Position numbers and translations under genes: made by a program. The notes below the pieces were generated by a model. It ran no database searches. It was not told the origin of the DNA and saw nothing but the letters and a program-made list of their open reading frames with translations. Source: an uncultured Verrucomicrobiae bacterium (GTDB taxonomy: Bacteria; Verrucomicrobiota; Verrucomicrobiia; Chthoniobacterales; JAFAMB01). From it: DNA of 64,000 nt. This document shows, piece after piece, positions 8,800 to 18,345 of the stretch; the stretch's first letter is position 1, and each line of letters opens with the position of its first letter. Location: the NCBI GenBank assembly GCA_963837955.1, contig CAWIPH010000002.1:1216001-1280000 (forward strand), given 5' to 3'.

Positions 8800-11700
8800 T
8801 TAGTGGAAATCATGCGAGTCGGAGATATCTAAGGCGAGCGCGGGGAGCCGTTCAATAGTCTTTGCTCGGACATGAATAACACCGGCGTGCACCTGCAGAA
8901 TCCCTTCGATCACGAGAAACGATTCCTGAGTAATTACGAGCCGATATTTTTCGAATAATTGAGGGGTTACAATGGAGTTGCTGATCCCGGTCTCGTCCTC
9001 CAGGCTGATGAAAACAAACCCTTTGGCCGTACCGGGCCGTTGCCGGCAAATCACCTGACCACCTATTCGGATCTGGCTACCATTCGGCGCTTGAGGTAGA
9101 TCGATGCTCCTCCAAATATCGTTTGGCAACTGCGACCGCAGATAACCGAGCGGATGAGGACCAACGGTTAGCTTCATCGTCTCAAAATCGGAGGTCAATC
9201 TTTCGATCGGTTCCATCGGAGGCAGAGGTGCGATGGTTTCCGAGTCCGGAGTAAACAATTCATCTTGATAAAACTCTTCTTCTACCGACCAGAGCGCCTG
9301 ACGACGATGCGTAGTCAATGGATTTAACGCTCCGGCTTTAGCCAGAACCCGAAGCTCATCGCGAGCAAAATGAGTGCGTGTCCGAAAATCGAGCAAATCA
9401 GCAAATGGGCGGCGATCACGTTCTTCGATCATTTTTGCTACAGCAGTTTTTTGAATCCCCTGGGTTAGACAGAATCCGAGACGGATCGTCTGATCCGATT
9501 CCACGGTGCAAAGCCAGTCGGAGTGGACCATCGAAACGGGTAATACCCGAACCTGATGGCGTTGTGCATCTTTGATCAAAGTGGCGGAAGAATAAAAACC
9601 CATCGGCTGGTTGTTGAGCAAGCCAACGTAAAACTCCGCCGGGCGATGTACCTTCAGCCAGGAGCTGGCATAGGCGATCAAGGCAAAACTGATGGCATGC
9701 GATTCCGGAAAGCCGTAAAGGGCGAATGAGGTAATGGCAGCTACAATTTCCTCAGTTACTTTCGGATTGACCTGATTGGCCGCTAACGCCGTGCGCAATT
9801 TTTTTTCGACGCGTTGCATACGTTCTTGGGAACGATGATAACTCAAGGCGCGCCTGAGCTCTTCGGCTTCGGTTCCGGAAAAGTTAGCCATGACCATCGC
9901 GATTTTGAGCATCTGCTCCTGAAACAGCGGGACACCCAAAGTGCGTTCTAGAACCGGCTTCAATCGATCATCTAAATAACTGATCGGTTCCGAACCTTCG
10001 CGACGGGCCAGATAAGGGTGCATGAGACGCCCTTGAATGGGTCCAGGGCGGATGATGGCCACCTCGATCACCAGATCGTAAAACTCGCGCGGTTTCATCC
10101 GAGGCAGCGTGGCCATCTGGGCTCGGCTTTCGACCTGGAACACGCCAATTGTATCAGCGGCGCAAAGCATATCGTAGGTCTTTGGATCATCCTTGGGCAA
10201 TTGAGCCAGATCGACCGGTCGGCCACGCTGCGCACAAATTTCGATCGCGTCTTGTAATGCTGCCATCATGCCCAATCCCAGGAAATCGACTTTGACGATA
10301 CCCAGGTCTTCGCAATCATCTTTATCCCACTGGATAACGGTGCGCCCTGGCATCGTCGCGTTCTCCAACGGAACGACCGAGTCGAGCTGACCTTCGCAGA
10401 TCACCATTCCGCCAGAATGTTGGCCTAAGTGCCGCGGCAGTCCTTGCATCGCGTGATAGACCTCCAGAAAAGCGTTCAAGCGAGGGTGATCGATAGGAAG
10501 CCCTGCTTGGCGCAATTGATCATGGGCGGATAAGGTATGTGGAAAATCTCCATGCGTGTGCAATCGAGAAAACCGGTCCATGACGTCCTCTGGCAAATTA
10601 AGCGCCTTGCCGGTCTCGCGCATCGCGCTGCGACCACGAAAGTTAATGACATTGGCTGTCATGGCAGCTCCGAGACGTCCATAACGTTGATAAATTTCCT
10701 GGATGACTTTTTCCCGACGCTCGCCGCTGGGAAGATCGAGATCGATATCAGGCCAGCCTTTGCGTCCTTCGGTGAGAAAGCGCTCGAACAAGAGCTTTCC
10801 GCCTACCGGATCTACCGCAGTAATTCCTAAGCTATAACAGACAGCACTGTTGGCAGCACTACCGCGTCCCTGCACCATGATATCCGAGCGACCACAAAAA
10901 TTAATGATATCCCAAACAATCAAGAAATAACCGGGAAAGCCGAGTTTATGAATGAGGGCTAGTTCCCGTTCAATCTGATCACGTACTGGTAGAGTGATGT
11001 TGCCGTAACGATTACGGGCTCCTTCCCAAACGACAGCTTCCAAGTAGCTATCCATCGTTTCTCCTGGTGGAACGGGAAAACGTGGGAATTGATATCCAAG
11101 ATTCTCCAAGGTGAAATCGATGTCGGTCGCAATGGCCGCGCTATTGGCTACTGCCTGTGGCAAATCAGCAAAGAGCTTGCGCATGGTTTTCGCAGCTTTC
11201 AGCTGGCGTTCCGCGTTTGGTTCGAGGACGCGACCAGCGTGATCGAGATCTGTGTGGTGGCGAGCACAAGTAAAAACATCCAATACGGTGCGGCGATCAG
11301 GGGTGGCGTACAGAACTCCATTAGTGGCAACCAGTTTAAGCTGATGTTTCTGGGCCAGAAGAATGAGTTGCTGCTCAATCCATGGTTCTTCTCGACGATG
11401 ATGCCGTTGAACTTCGACAAACAAACTGCCAAAGCAGCGTTTTAACTCGGCCAATCGCTCATCTGCTTGAGTCGGATTCCCGTCTCGCAATGCTCGTTGA
11501 AGCGGTCCTTCTTCGTCCCCGGTCAAACAGAGAAGACCATCGGTGAACTCTGCTAGTTCGTTCCAGCCGATTGAGCTCTCATTTTTTGGGGAACGTAGTT
11601 TTGCTCGGGAAAGCAAGCGACAAAGATTCTGGTATCCATTCCGGGACTGCACAATGACCGGAAGTACCGAGCCATCCTCCATCGTTAATTCGCAACCGAT

Positions 11701-11889
11701 GAGCGAACGAATTTTAGATTCTTGTGCTGCAGCGTGAAAGCGAGGTGCTCCAAAAACGCCATCTCGATCGCATAAAGCAACGGCCGGTAATTCGAGATCA
11801 GCCGCTTGATAAGCCAGTTGTTCCGGTGAAGAACTCCCACGCAAAAAGCTGAAAGCGCTGCGGGCATGAAGTTCGACGTAGGGAGTCAT
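8800..11889 (-). CDS. dnaE2: Error-prone DNA polymerase III alpha, DnaE2
   Basis: YVELHARSAFSFL PHP start, GRGSAANS, PDIDLD, C-terminal SHDFH DnaE2 signature. Lies downstream of imuAB. ATG 11889 chosen. Confidence 0.95.
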   Translation of the reverse strand: MTPYVELHARSAFSFLRGSSSPEQLAYQAADLELPAVALCDRDGVFGAPRFHAAAQESKIRSLIGCELTMEDGSVLPVIVQSRNGYQNLCRLLSRAKLRSPKNESSIGWNELAEFTDGLLCLTGDEEGPLQRALRDGNPTQADERLAELKRCFGSLFVEVQRHHRREEPWIEQQLILLAQKHQLKLVATNGVLYATPDRRTVLDVFTCARHHTDLDHAGRVLEPNAERQLKAAKTMRKLFADLPQAVANSAAIATDIDFTLENLGYQFPRFPVPPGETMDSYLEAVVWEGARNRYGNITLPVRDQIERELALIHKLGFPGYFLIVWDIINFCGRSDIMVQGRGSAANSAVCYSLGITAVDPVGGKLLFERFLTEGRKGWPDIDLDLPSGERREKVIQEIYQRYGRLGAAMTANVINFRGRSAMRETGKALNLPEDVMDRFSRLHTHGDFPHTLSAHDQLRQAGLPIDHPRLNAFLEVYHAMQGLPRHLGQHSGGMVICEGQLDSVVPLENATMPGRTVIQWDKDDCEDLGIVKVDFLGLGMMAALQDAIEICAQRGRPVDLAQLPKDDPKTYDMLCAADTIGVFQVESRAQMATLPRMKPREFYDLVIEVAIIRPGPIQGRLMHPYLARREGSEPISYLDDRLKPVLERTLGVPLFQEQMLKIAMVMANFSGTEAEELRRALSYHRSQERMQRVEKKLRTALAANQVNPKVTEEIVAAITSFALYGFPESHAISFALIAYASSWLKVHRPAEFYVGLLNNQPMGFYSSATLIKDAQRHQVRVLPVSMVHSDWLCTVESDQTIRLGFCLTQGIQKTAVAKMIEERDRRPFADLLDFRTRTHFARDELRVLAKAGALNPLTTHRRQALWSVEEEFYQDELFTPDSETIAPLPPMEPIERLTSDFETMKLTVGPHPLGYLRSQLPNDIWRSIDLPQAPNGSQIRIGGQVICRQRPGTAKGFVFISLEDETGISNSIVTPQLFEKYRLVITQESFLVIEGILQVHAGVIHVRAKTIERLPALALDISDSHDFH

Positions 11890-11904
11890 AGGAAGGAGAC
11901 TGTT

Positions 11905-12160
11905 CTTTACCCCAAAGGGGCAGGAGGACTTAGCCCGGGTTTTAACCCCGGGGCGGTTCAATCAAACGAGGCGCCCTGTAAGGGGCGCAAGCTCATGCGG
12001 TTCAATCCACACAAGATAATGTCGCCAAATCGCAGACCGTGTTTTTTCAGAAATCTCCAAAACTGTCTTCTAACACCCTTTCAGGGTGATGCGGTGGGTG
12101 GATTCTTACCTGGGGTTAAAACCCCAGGCTGAGTCCTGTAGCCCCCTTCGGGGCAAAGAA
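11905..12160. repeat. Diverged REP-like doublet 3 (arms ~11905-11990 and ~12073-12160)
   Basis: GGACTTAGCCCGGGTTTTAACCCCGGGG..GCCCTGTAAGGGGCG versus CACCCTTTCAGGGTG..CCTGGGGTTAAAACCCCAGGCTGAGTCC; same layout as doublets 1 and 2. Confidence 0.75.
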
Positions 12161-12501
12161 CCAGCGCGGGTAAGGCGAAACCCGACTTCGCCAACTTGTC
12201 GCGCCGCAGGCTTGGCGAAGGCGGAAGCCTACGTCGCGGCCCAGCTCCGTGATGTTCCTCAAACGCACGGCTAGGGCGCGCCAAAGCGCAGCGACGGCGG
12301 CACGCCGTTGAGCGACAGCGAGATGAGGCGTGTGAGCCAAACCATGGGAGCAAAAGGCTCACAGTCCGGCGGTCGGCCCGATGTCTATGATACGTGGTGT
12401 TTGCCGGACTGTTTCGCCCTACCCGCGATGGGTAGAGAATCACCAAGAGCTGATCACTATTCACAAATCGGTAACCTGCCAACCCATAGCTTATAACCTG
12501 T

Positions 12502-14067
12502 TCAATCGTAAACGCCAACGACCACCCACCTTCCTGCGTTCAAGGCCAACCGATAAAGACCGCCATCTTCTAGCTCTACGTCCCATTCTTGCACATCCCA
12601 GCGTTCGACGTTCCACCAATTTCCTGAAGTGCGCCACGGACCACGAGCTACACTCACCGGACCTGTCACCGCGTGACCGCAGATCCAAGTAGGTTTACCT
12701 CTAGCCAATTGCACTTCGATCGGGAGCGCTGGCCGGTAACGACGTAGCGGTACGCCGATCCTTAAATGTTTGTCCTCGGATCGGCCTGTCTCGGACCAAT
12801 CGAAGGTCGGCATACGTAATCGAACACTGTCCGGTTTATGCGTATTCAATTTTTCCGGAATGCCGACCTGGTCGTTTCCGAGCAGGGCGGCTAAACGGGC
12901 TAGCGTTTGGAAAAACCGATTAGGATCTTTGAGACCACTCTGAAAAAGATCGAATTGATTTTGTCCTGGATTGCTTGGGATAGCCTCGAGCTCAAGTCCC
13001 ACAATGGGTGCGCTAGTTTGAACAGTGTCAAGATATTGCGATGCGATCCGGAATAAGGTTTCCACGTCCCGGGTTGGTGCGGGGATCTGTAAGCTTCGCC
13101 CAATTTTCTCGCCATCTTCCAGCACAAGCGTTAACCGGATTTCGGCAATGAACCGATAGACCGCAGCGATTCGCAGAGAAAGCCGTTCGAGAAACCGCCG
13201 GAGCATAAACAACAACGGTTCCAAAGTTTCCAAGCGATGTTCCAGATCGACGGTTTCAATAAAAGTTTCTGGCGGTTGGGTTTGTTTTAGTACGTTCTTC
13301 GATCTGCCGGCTGCTCGGTCCCATAACGATAATCCTTCCAGTCCCAAACGTTGGCCGATCTCTTCCCGAGGCAATCGGGTAAGTGCACCCAAGGATCGAA
13401 TGCCCCAATTTCGTAAAATATCAAAAAGGTAAGGAGAGGGATTAAGCGATTCTAAAGGGAGCGATTGGAGTAAGTTACTTTCCTTGGTCACCTGGAGAAA
13501 TGGGTTGGCAATTTTAGCGGCTTGCCAGGCTATTTCCGGATTTAGACCGACACCAAGCTGGGCGACAAAACCAAGGGAGCGCCATTGGGCTAAGAGTTCA
13601 CGGGCCCACCATTCCTGTTTGTTGCCTTTCCGGCCTTGCAGATCGAGGGTGCAGACCCCGGCAGCCGTATTCTCGATGTAGGGAGAGTAACGGTAACAAA
13701 GTTGCAGAAGAGCCGATTGTTGTTGGTGTTCCAATTCGGTAGCGGGCGCAAAAAGTTGAAGCTCTGATGTTCGGGCCAGAGCCAAACTTGTGGTGGCTCC
13801 GATCTCCACCCCTGCGGTGGCTGCTGCAGGGTTTATTTCAATAATTCGTACACCTTCCGGATCAAGTAGAGCAGCGGGTTTCTCCTCCTCGACTTTGGCG
13901 TTGCCCGAGAGTGGACAGTCGAGCATTGATTGCTCGATCGAGAGTTCTAATTGGTTGCTCGCTTTGACCAATTCCGGCAGAGCATTCAGTCGCTTTTGTC
14001 GAGCGCACTGTAGACGATAATAAGGCGTGTAAATGACAGCAAATAGGCGGGTTTTAAGCGCTGGCAT
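12502..14067 (-). CDS. imuB: ImuB, Y-family polymerase-like protein
   Basis: Between imuA and dnaE2. AATAGVEIG, YSPYIE, WGIRSLGAL and C-terminal GPWRTSGNWW...VVGVYD. Confidence 0.85.
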   Translation of the reverse strand: MPALKTRLFAVIYTPYYRLQCARQKRLNALPELVKASNQLELSIEQSMLDCPLSGNAKVEEEKPAALLDPEGVRIIEINPAAATAGVEIGATTSLALARTSELQLFAPATELEHQQQSALLQLCYRYSPYIENTAAGVCTLDLQGRKGNKQEWWARELLAQWRSLGFVAQLGVGLNPEIAWQAAKIANPFLQVTKESNLLQSLPLESLNPSPYLFDILRNWGIRSLGALTRLPREEIGQRLGLEGLSLWDRAAGRSKNVLKQTQPPETFIETVDLEHRLETLEPLLFMLRRFLERLSLRIAAVYRFIAEIRLTLVLEDGEKIGRSLQIPAPTRDVETLFRIASQYLDTVQTSAPIVGLELEAIPSNPGQNQFDLFQSGLKDPNRFFQTLARLAALLGNDQVGIPEKLNTHKPDSVRLRMPTFDWSETGRSEDKHLRIGVPLRRYRPALPIEVQLARGKPTWICGHAVTGPVSVARGPWRTSGNWWNVERWDVQEWDVELEDGGLYRLALNAGRWVVVGVYD

Positions 14068-14692
14068 AATTGGTCTCCACCAAAGTTTTGCGGTATAAAA
14101 ATTCGATTGGTCGAGAATCGGAAACGACGGAAGAAATCTCGGAAAGATCCCTCATGCGCAGATGCTCGTTGATCTGCAGCGCAACATAGGAGCTACCGGA
14201 AATATAGTAGCGGGTCAGGAGTAGCAGGGTAGCGCGAGTTTCTTCAACCACCCGTTGCAGACGGTACCAGGTGGTTGCGGGAATTTTTCTGAGTTCCTGA
14301 GGACCATTTTGTTTTAAATCGAGAATGGTAAGGGTAAAATTGCCGTCCCGGATCAGAAGATCAGCTGCTCTGGTTGCTTGAGTGGCATTCTGGCAACGCA
14401 ACCACAGCAAAAAGGGAGTTTCAGCGAGCGGCTCGAAACTGTTTTTCCCGTCTATCAGCGCAACGAACCGGCGCTGCATCGTTTGGATGATGTCGTGCAA
14501 TAAAAGGGCGCTGCCTCCACTAGGGTGAGGAACAACTAATTGAGCAACGGCACCCCTTCGTAACCCGCCCCCGAGCGAATGATCTAAGGCGGTCACCCCA
14601 GTCGACAAAAACGTAGATGATGGGAGAGTTCCTTGAGGGAAACGTTCAGCCAGAATTTTCCGGAGTTCGATGATTTTATCGGCAGGCGGCAT
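14054..14692 (-). CDS. imuA: ImuA, RecA-like protein
   Basis: LSTGVTALDHSLGGGLRRG RecA-like N-terminus; first gene of the cassette. Confidence 0.8.
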   Translation of the reverse strand: MPPADKIIELRKILAERFPQGTLPSSTFLSTGVTALDHSLGGGLRRGAVAQLVVPHPSGGSALLLHDIIQTMQRRFVALIDGKNSFEPLAETPFLLWLRCQNATQATRAADLLIRDGNFTLTILDLKQNGPQELRKIPATTWYRLQRVVEETRATLLLLTRYYISGSSYVALQINEHLRMRDLSEISSVVSDSRPIEFLYRKTLVETNYASA

Positions 14693-14694
14693 TG

Positions 14695-14708
14695 TGTTCA
14701 TATGAACA
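14695..14708. promoter_or_regulatory. LexA (SOS) box, Verrucomicrobia type TGTTC-N4-GAACA
   Basis: TGTTC-ATAT-GAACA within a perfect 16-bp palindrome, next to the imuA start. Confidence 0.85.
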
Positions 14709-14874
14709 CTTATAAAAGCCGTGACAATTTTCAACTAAAAAAGAATCCAGAATTCAGAATCTGGAAGAGAAGGGCGGAGATACCCAGCATCGCGATAGCC
14801 TTGGGTAATCGCCGCAAACGGCTCAAGCCAATCCGGCGCCTGCCGTATTAGGCTTTCGCCCTACCGAAGCTGCC

Positions 14875-15429
14875 TCATCTCCCCGAGGAAGATGGCCACT
14901 GATTCGCGGTAGGCTGCCCCAGATCAGGAAAGTAGGGACTCGGCTTCCCTTCGTACTTTGGGTAGACAAATTTAGCCGCTGGGCTGGTAGTGCGGGTCAC
15001 GCCATGAATCGGATTGCAACCAGCTTTGGCGGCCAGCAGTAACGATTCCTTTAAGAGCAAAGAACCGAAACCGCGATTCCGATACTCACTGCTGATACAA
15101 GGCCCAGAAGAAAGATGATTTTCCGCCTCCGCCTCAATGTTGACCAAGGAAGCTGCAATCACCCGGTTGCCATGGGTGACCACCAAACAGTCGATGTCGC
15201 GATGATTGGCAAACCTCTCTTCGAATTCCTGATTGAGTCGCGGGATTAAGGCGGCGACCACGTCGTTCCAGCACGCGTCTTGAGCGAAACAGCTCTTAAT
15301 AACGGCCCAAGTCTGCGATTTTTCGGAACGAGCGGCTCGGCGGATCGAATATGGTTCTTCGATGATATAACTGGTTTGCGGCAAGAATTTTGCCTCCCAT
15401 GTGAACCGAAGCCAGCCCACTGATTTCAT
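14875..15429 (-). CDS. GNAT-family N-acetyltransferase
   Basis: ISSEYRNRGFGSLLL acetyl-CoA motif A. Confidence 0.7.
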   Translation of the reverse strand: MKSVGWLRFTWEAKFLPQTSYIIEEPYSIRRAARSEKSQTWAVIKSCFAQDACWNDVVAALIPRLNQEFEERFANHRDIDCLVVTHGNRVIAASLVNIEAEAENHLSSGPCISSEYRNRGFGSLLLKESLLLAAKAGCNPIHGVTRTTSPAAKFVYPKYEGKPSPYFPDLGQPTANQWPSSSGR

Positions 15430-15826
15430 TAGCCAGTTATACTCTCCAAATCCTTGGTGGACGCAAGCTTGGATCGACTGCTGACTGGTCTTAAAGCTCG
15501 CCGAAACCTGTCCTCCGGCGCGCAGCTATACGAGTCGCAGACTTGCGACACCAGAGAATGAAGCTCCGGCAAATGTCGTTTTGGCTCTCTTAGAAAAAAA
15601 TCGGATCACTTCGTACCTCTTTTTTAAAAAGTATTTTGAAACCCGGAAGGATCAACAAAGACCAACCTTAAAGAGTCCGATCTGGATCATCTTTGATACA
15701 CACCCACCAGACGCAGGCGAGGAGAGCTGAGCCAAGAAAGAGGAACATACCCAAGGTGAGCATAGCTCATGGTGATGCCGGAATTAATGCATCGAGTCAA
15801 AGGGAATTTAACGACTTGCGAAAAAT

Positions 15827-16282
15827 TCAGAGCTGTACTTGAAAAAAATCGGACATTACTTGGCGGTAGACATCGCGCTTGAAAGGCGGAACCCAAGAAA
15901 TCTGGTACTCATCCGGCCAGATCCAGCGAATCGAACGAAACTCAGGGTCCGGGGTATACGGTGAGGGTTCGGGGTGGGAAGGGAGCAGATCGACTAAAAA
16001 GTAGTTTTGTTCCTGGCCATCGAAACCTTCTTTTTTGCGACCGGGTGCGAAGAGATAACGATAGGGTCCTCGCCGGTCGGTTATGCGATAGGAATCAGGC
16101 GGCAAGCCAACCTCTTCCTGGAGTTCCCTTTGCAATGCTTCTTCGGGAGTTTCCGACATCTGAATTCCTCCCTGAGGGAATTGCCAGCAGCCGGCTCGGT
16201 CGGCTCTTTCGCCGATGAGAATACGTCCATCAGGGCGACGGAGGATGGCGCCGACATTAGGTCGAAATTTTGCGTTCTGCAT
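15827..16282 (-). CDS. NUDIX hydrolase, RppH-like
   Basis: FRPNVG, WQFPQGG and Nudix box GGIQMSETPEEALQRELQEEVGL. Confidence 0.85.
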   Translation of the reverse strand: MQNAKFRPNVGAILRRPDGRILIGERADRAGCWQFPQGGIQMSETPEEALQRELQEEVGLPPDSYRITDRRGPYRYLFAPGRKKEGFDGQEQNYFLVDLLPSHPEPSPYTPDPEFRSIRWIWPDEYQISWVPPFKRDVYRQVMSDFFQVQL

Positions 16283-16291
16283 GCCGGTTCA

Positions 16292-17620
16292 TCAATGTCG
16301 CAACATATCGAGGAAACTCTTAACGGCGTCTTTGGCCTGATCTTTGAGCTCTTTGCCGACGCTCTCCTGCACCGCGTTCGCAATGCGTTTCGAAAGGTCT
16401 TCTTTTGGATTTTGCGGTGTGCCGGTCAACTGCATCGGCGCCCAATACAGACCATCTCGTTGCTCCGTAAATACCTTTTGCTGCACGCCCGGCAGGCAAT
16501 TCAAAATAGCCGTCGAAAGGCCGATGGACAATGTTGCGTTGATCTGGCCGGAGTTGATGGTCCCGCTTCCCTCAATCTTTACCTGATCCTGGTATTTCGC
16601 GATCAGGTGGGAAAATTCGATGTGTTGATCGCGATAGACTACTTGAGTATCAACCGAGTCAAGGGCCCAATCATTCAATCCCGAGGTCTTAACCAGCGAA
16701 CGGATCTTGCCAAGCAAAAGAGACCAGTCAAATCGCAATTGGTCGATGTGCAACGATCCAGTAAAAGTTCCGTCATTCTCTCGCTGTATCGTGCCGGCGT
16801 AGTCGGCCGTTCCGGACGCGTTGCCGCTCAAGTGCAACTCCTCCGAGTAGAAGTTGTTGATCGGCAGTCCACTGAATTCCGCATGAAGTCGGGAAGTCTG
16901 GTCCTGGTATAGTGCGACAAAGCCATTGAGTGAAATCGTCCCGCCGTTTTGTCCGAAAAGTTTAGCTTGGGTGATGGTCACCCCCTTCGACCCAGCGGAT
17001 GCCGAGAGCGTATCGAGTGTCAGCGGAAGGAGCCCGGTCTGCTGCGTTTTTCCGCCCGATGCCGAAAGGTCCCAGGAATCTTCGCCGCGCCGCGTGGCGA
17101 TGATCCGCGTCCCAAGCAGCTCACCCGATCCACTCTGACTAGCTGACCAATGCAGATTTGCCTGATTAATCGCTACGCGGTCGATTCGGAAATCGAACGT
17201 AAAAAGGTGAGGGAGGTTTATCCCCGAACCAGAACTAGCTGACCTCTTTTGCACCACGGGTTCGGTCGCCGGTTTTCCCAGATAGACATTCGCTTTTTCA
17301 ACGCTGACCTCGTCAAAATCCCAGGTCCGCGCAAAAAGCATTGGCCAATTCAAATGAGCGGAAATGTTGGTTGCGTCCAGCGAGTTCACCCGGTTTTTCG
17401 GTCGTCCCGTCCCAGAATAGCCGGGAAAGGAGAAAATAGGACCATTCCAGGTAACCGGTTCAAGTTTACCGTCTAGGCGCAAAGAACGATTCAATCGCTG
17501 GGTCAACCATTCGCGACAAGCATCGCTTTTTACGAAGCTGTAGATACCGATTCCTCCGCCGAGGAGGAGGCTCAAGATTGCGGCTCCCAGAAGAATCAAA
17601 GGTAGGCGGAATCGTTGCAC
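16292..17620 (-). CDS. AsmA-like membrane-anchored beta-rich protein
   Basis: N-terminal TM segment, repetitive beta-strand pattern, C-terminal LTGTPQNPKEDLS. GTG start at 17620 is inferred. Confidence 0.55.
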   Translation of the reverse strand: MQRFRLPLILLGAAILSLLLGGGIGIYSFVKSDACREWLTQRLNRSLRLDGKLEPVTWNGPIFSFPGYSGTGRPKNRVNSLDATNISAHLNWPMLFARTWDFDEVSVEKANVYLGKPATEPVVQKRSASSGSGINLPHLFTFDFRIDRVAINQANLHWSASQSGSGELLGTRIIATRRGEDSWDLSASGGKTQQTGLLPLTLDTLSASAGSKGVTITQAKLFGQNGGTISLNGFVALYQDQTSRLHAEFSGLPINNFYSEELHLSGNASGTADYAGTIQRENDGTFTGSLHIDQLRFDWSLLLGKIRSLVKTSGLNDWALDSVDTQVVYRDQHIEFSHLIAKYQDQVKIEGSGTINSGQINATLSIGLSTAILNCLPGVQQKVFTEQRDGLYWAPMQLTGTPQNPKEDLSKRIANAVQESVGKELKDQAKDAVKSFLDMLRH

Positions 17621-17778
17621 AGAGTCTAAGACGCAGAATTCAGTATTTCGTTCAGACGCGACCCGCGTCCCGCAGAGAGTTTCATTTAAGGTACCTTGGG
17701 TTGCTATCGGGAGAATCGGCGAATTTGCAAGGAGTTTGCCTGAGCACGAGGATTGCGCCGAGGACAATTTGCTTGCAG

Positions 17779-18339
17779 CTACGCCAGTTTGCGCTGCTTT
17801 CGAATATGTTGATGCAAAACGAAGCCGGCAATTGCGAGAAATGGCAGAAGAAACCATTGCCAATACGCGGTCACGGGAGGCAATGCTGGGTGGACTTCCA
17901 TAATCCCTTGCACGGCGACATGTTCCGCTCCGCGCTGGACGTTGACTTGTAGTTGCCATCGTCCGTCGTACGGAATCTGGACCAGGCTGGAGTAATACAA
18001 ACGATTCGCACCGCTCGAAACCTGGAGCGGAATTTCTTGTAGATTGGCCGCCGAATTATTGATGCAAGCCGGAGGCAACCAGGCCGCTCCTCCAGTGGTC
18101 TTGGCTGGCTCCTGGGCGGAGAGCGAAACCACGACGACCGCGTCCAAAACCGGGTCTCCTGTTTTTTCTTCCTGGATAAGTGCACTCAGATCTAACTGGC
18201 CTGCTCGGCACTGTGGCGGGTCAGCGAACACGGTCACGATAAATGGTGAAACGCTTTCCCTGAACTGGACCGCGCCTCCGTCGGCCAAGCCGATCGCAGA
18301 GCTCGAGATAAAGAAGATAAGCGCGTAGATAAGCCGCAT
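17779..18339 (-). CDS. Exported protein with C-terminal membrane anchor (possibly YtkA/FixH-like), coupled to the CtaG fusion gene
   Basis: Signal peptide, IPYDGRWQLQV segment, C-terminal TM; 6 bp downstream of 18346-20640. Confidence 0.55.
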   Translation of the reverse strand: MRLIYALIFFISSSAIGLADGGAVQFRESVSPFIVTVFADPPQCRAGQLDLSALIQEEKTGDPVLDAVVVVSLSAQEPAKTTGGAAWLPPACINNSAANLQEIPLQVSSGANRLYYSSLVQIPYDGRWQLQVNVQRGAEHVAVQGIMEVHPALPPVTAYWQWFLLPFLAIAGFVLHQHIRKQRKLA

Positions 18340-18345
18340 GCGTTT

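Noticed and set aside
11890..11961. ORF-track N-terminal extension of dnaE2
   Set aside because: Lies in repeat doublet 3; the conserved PHP start follows ATG 11889.
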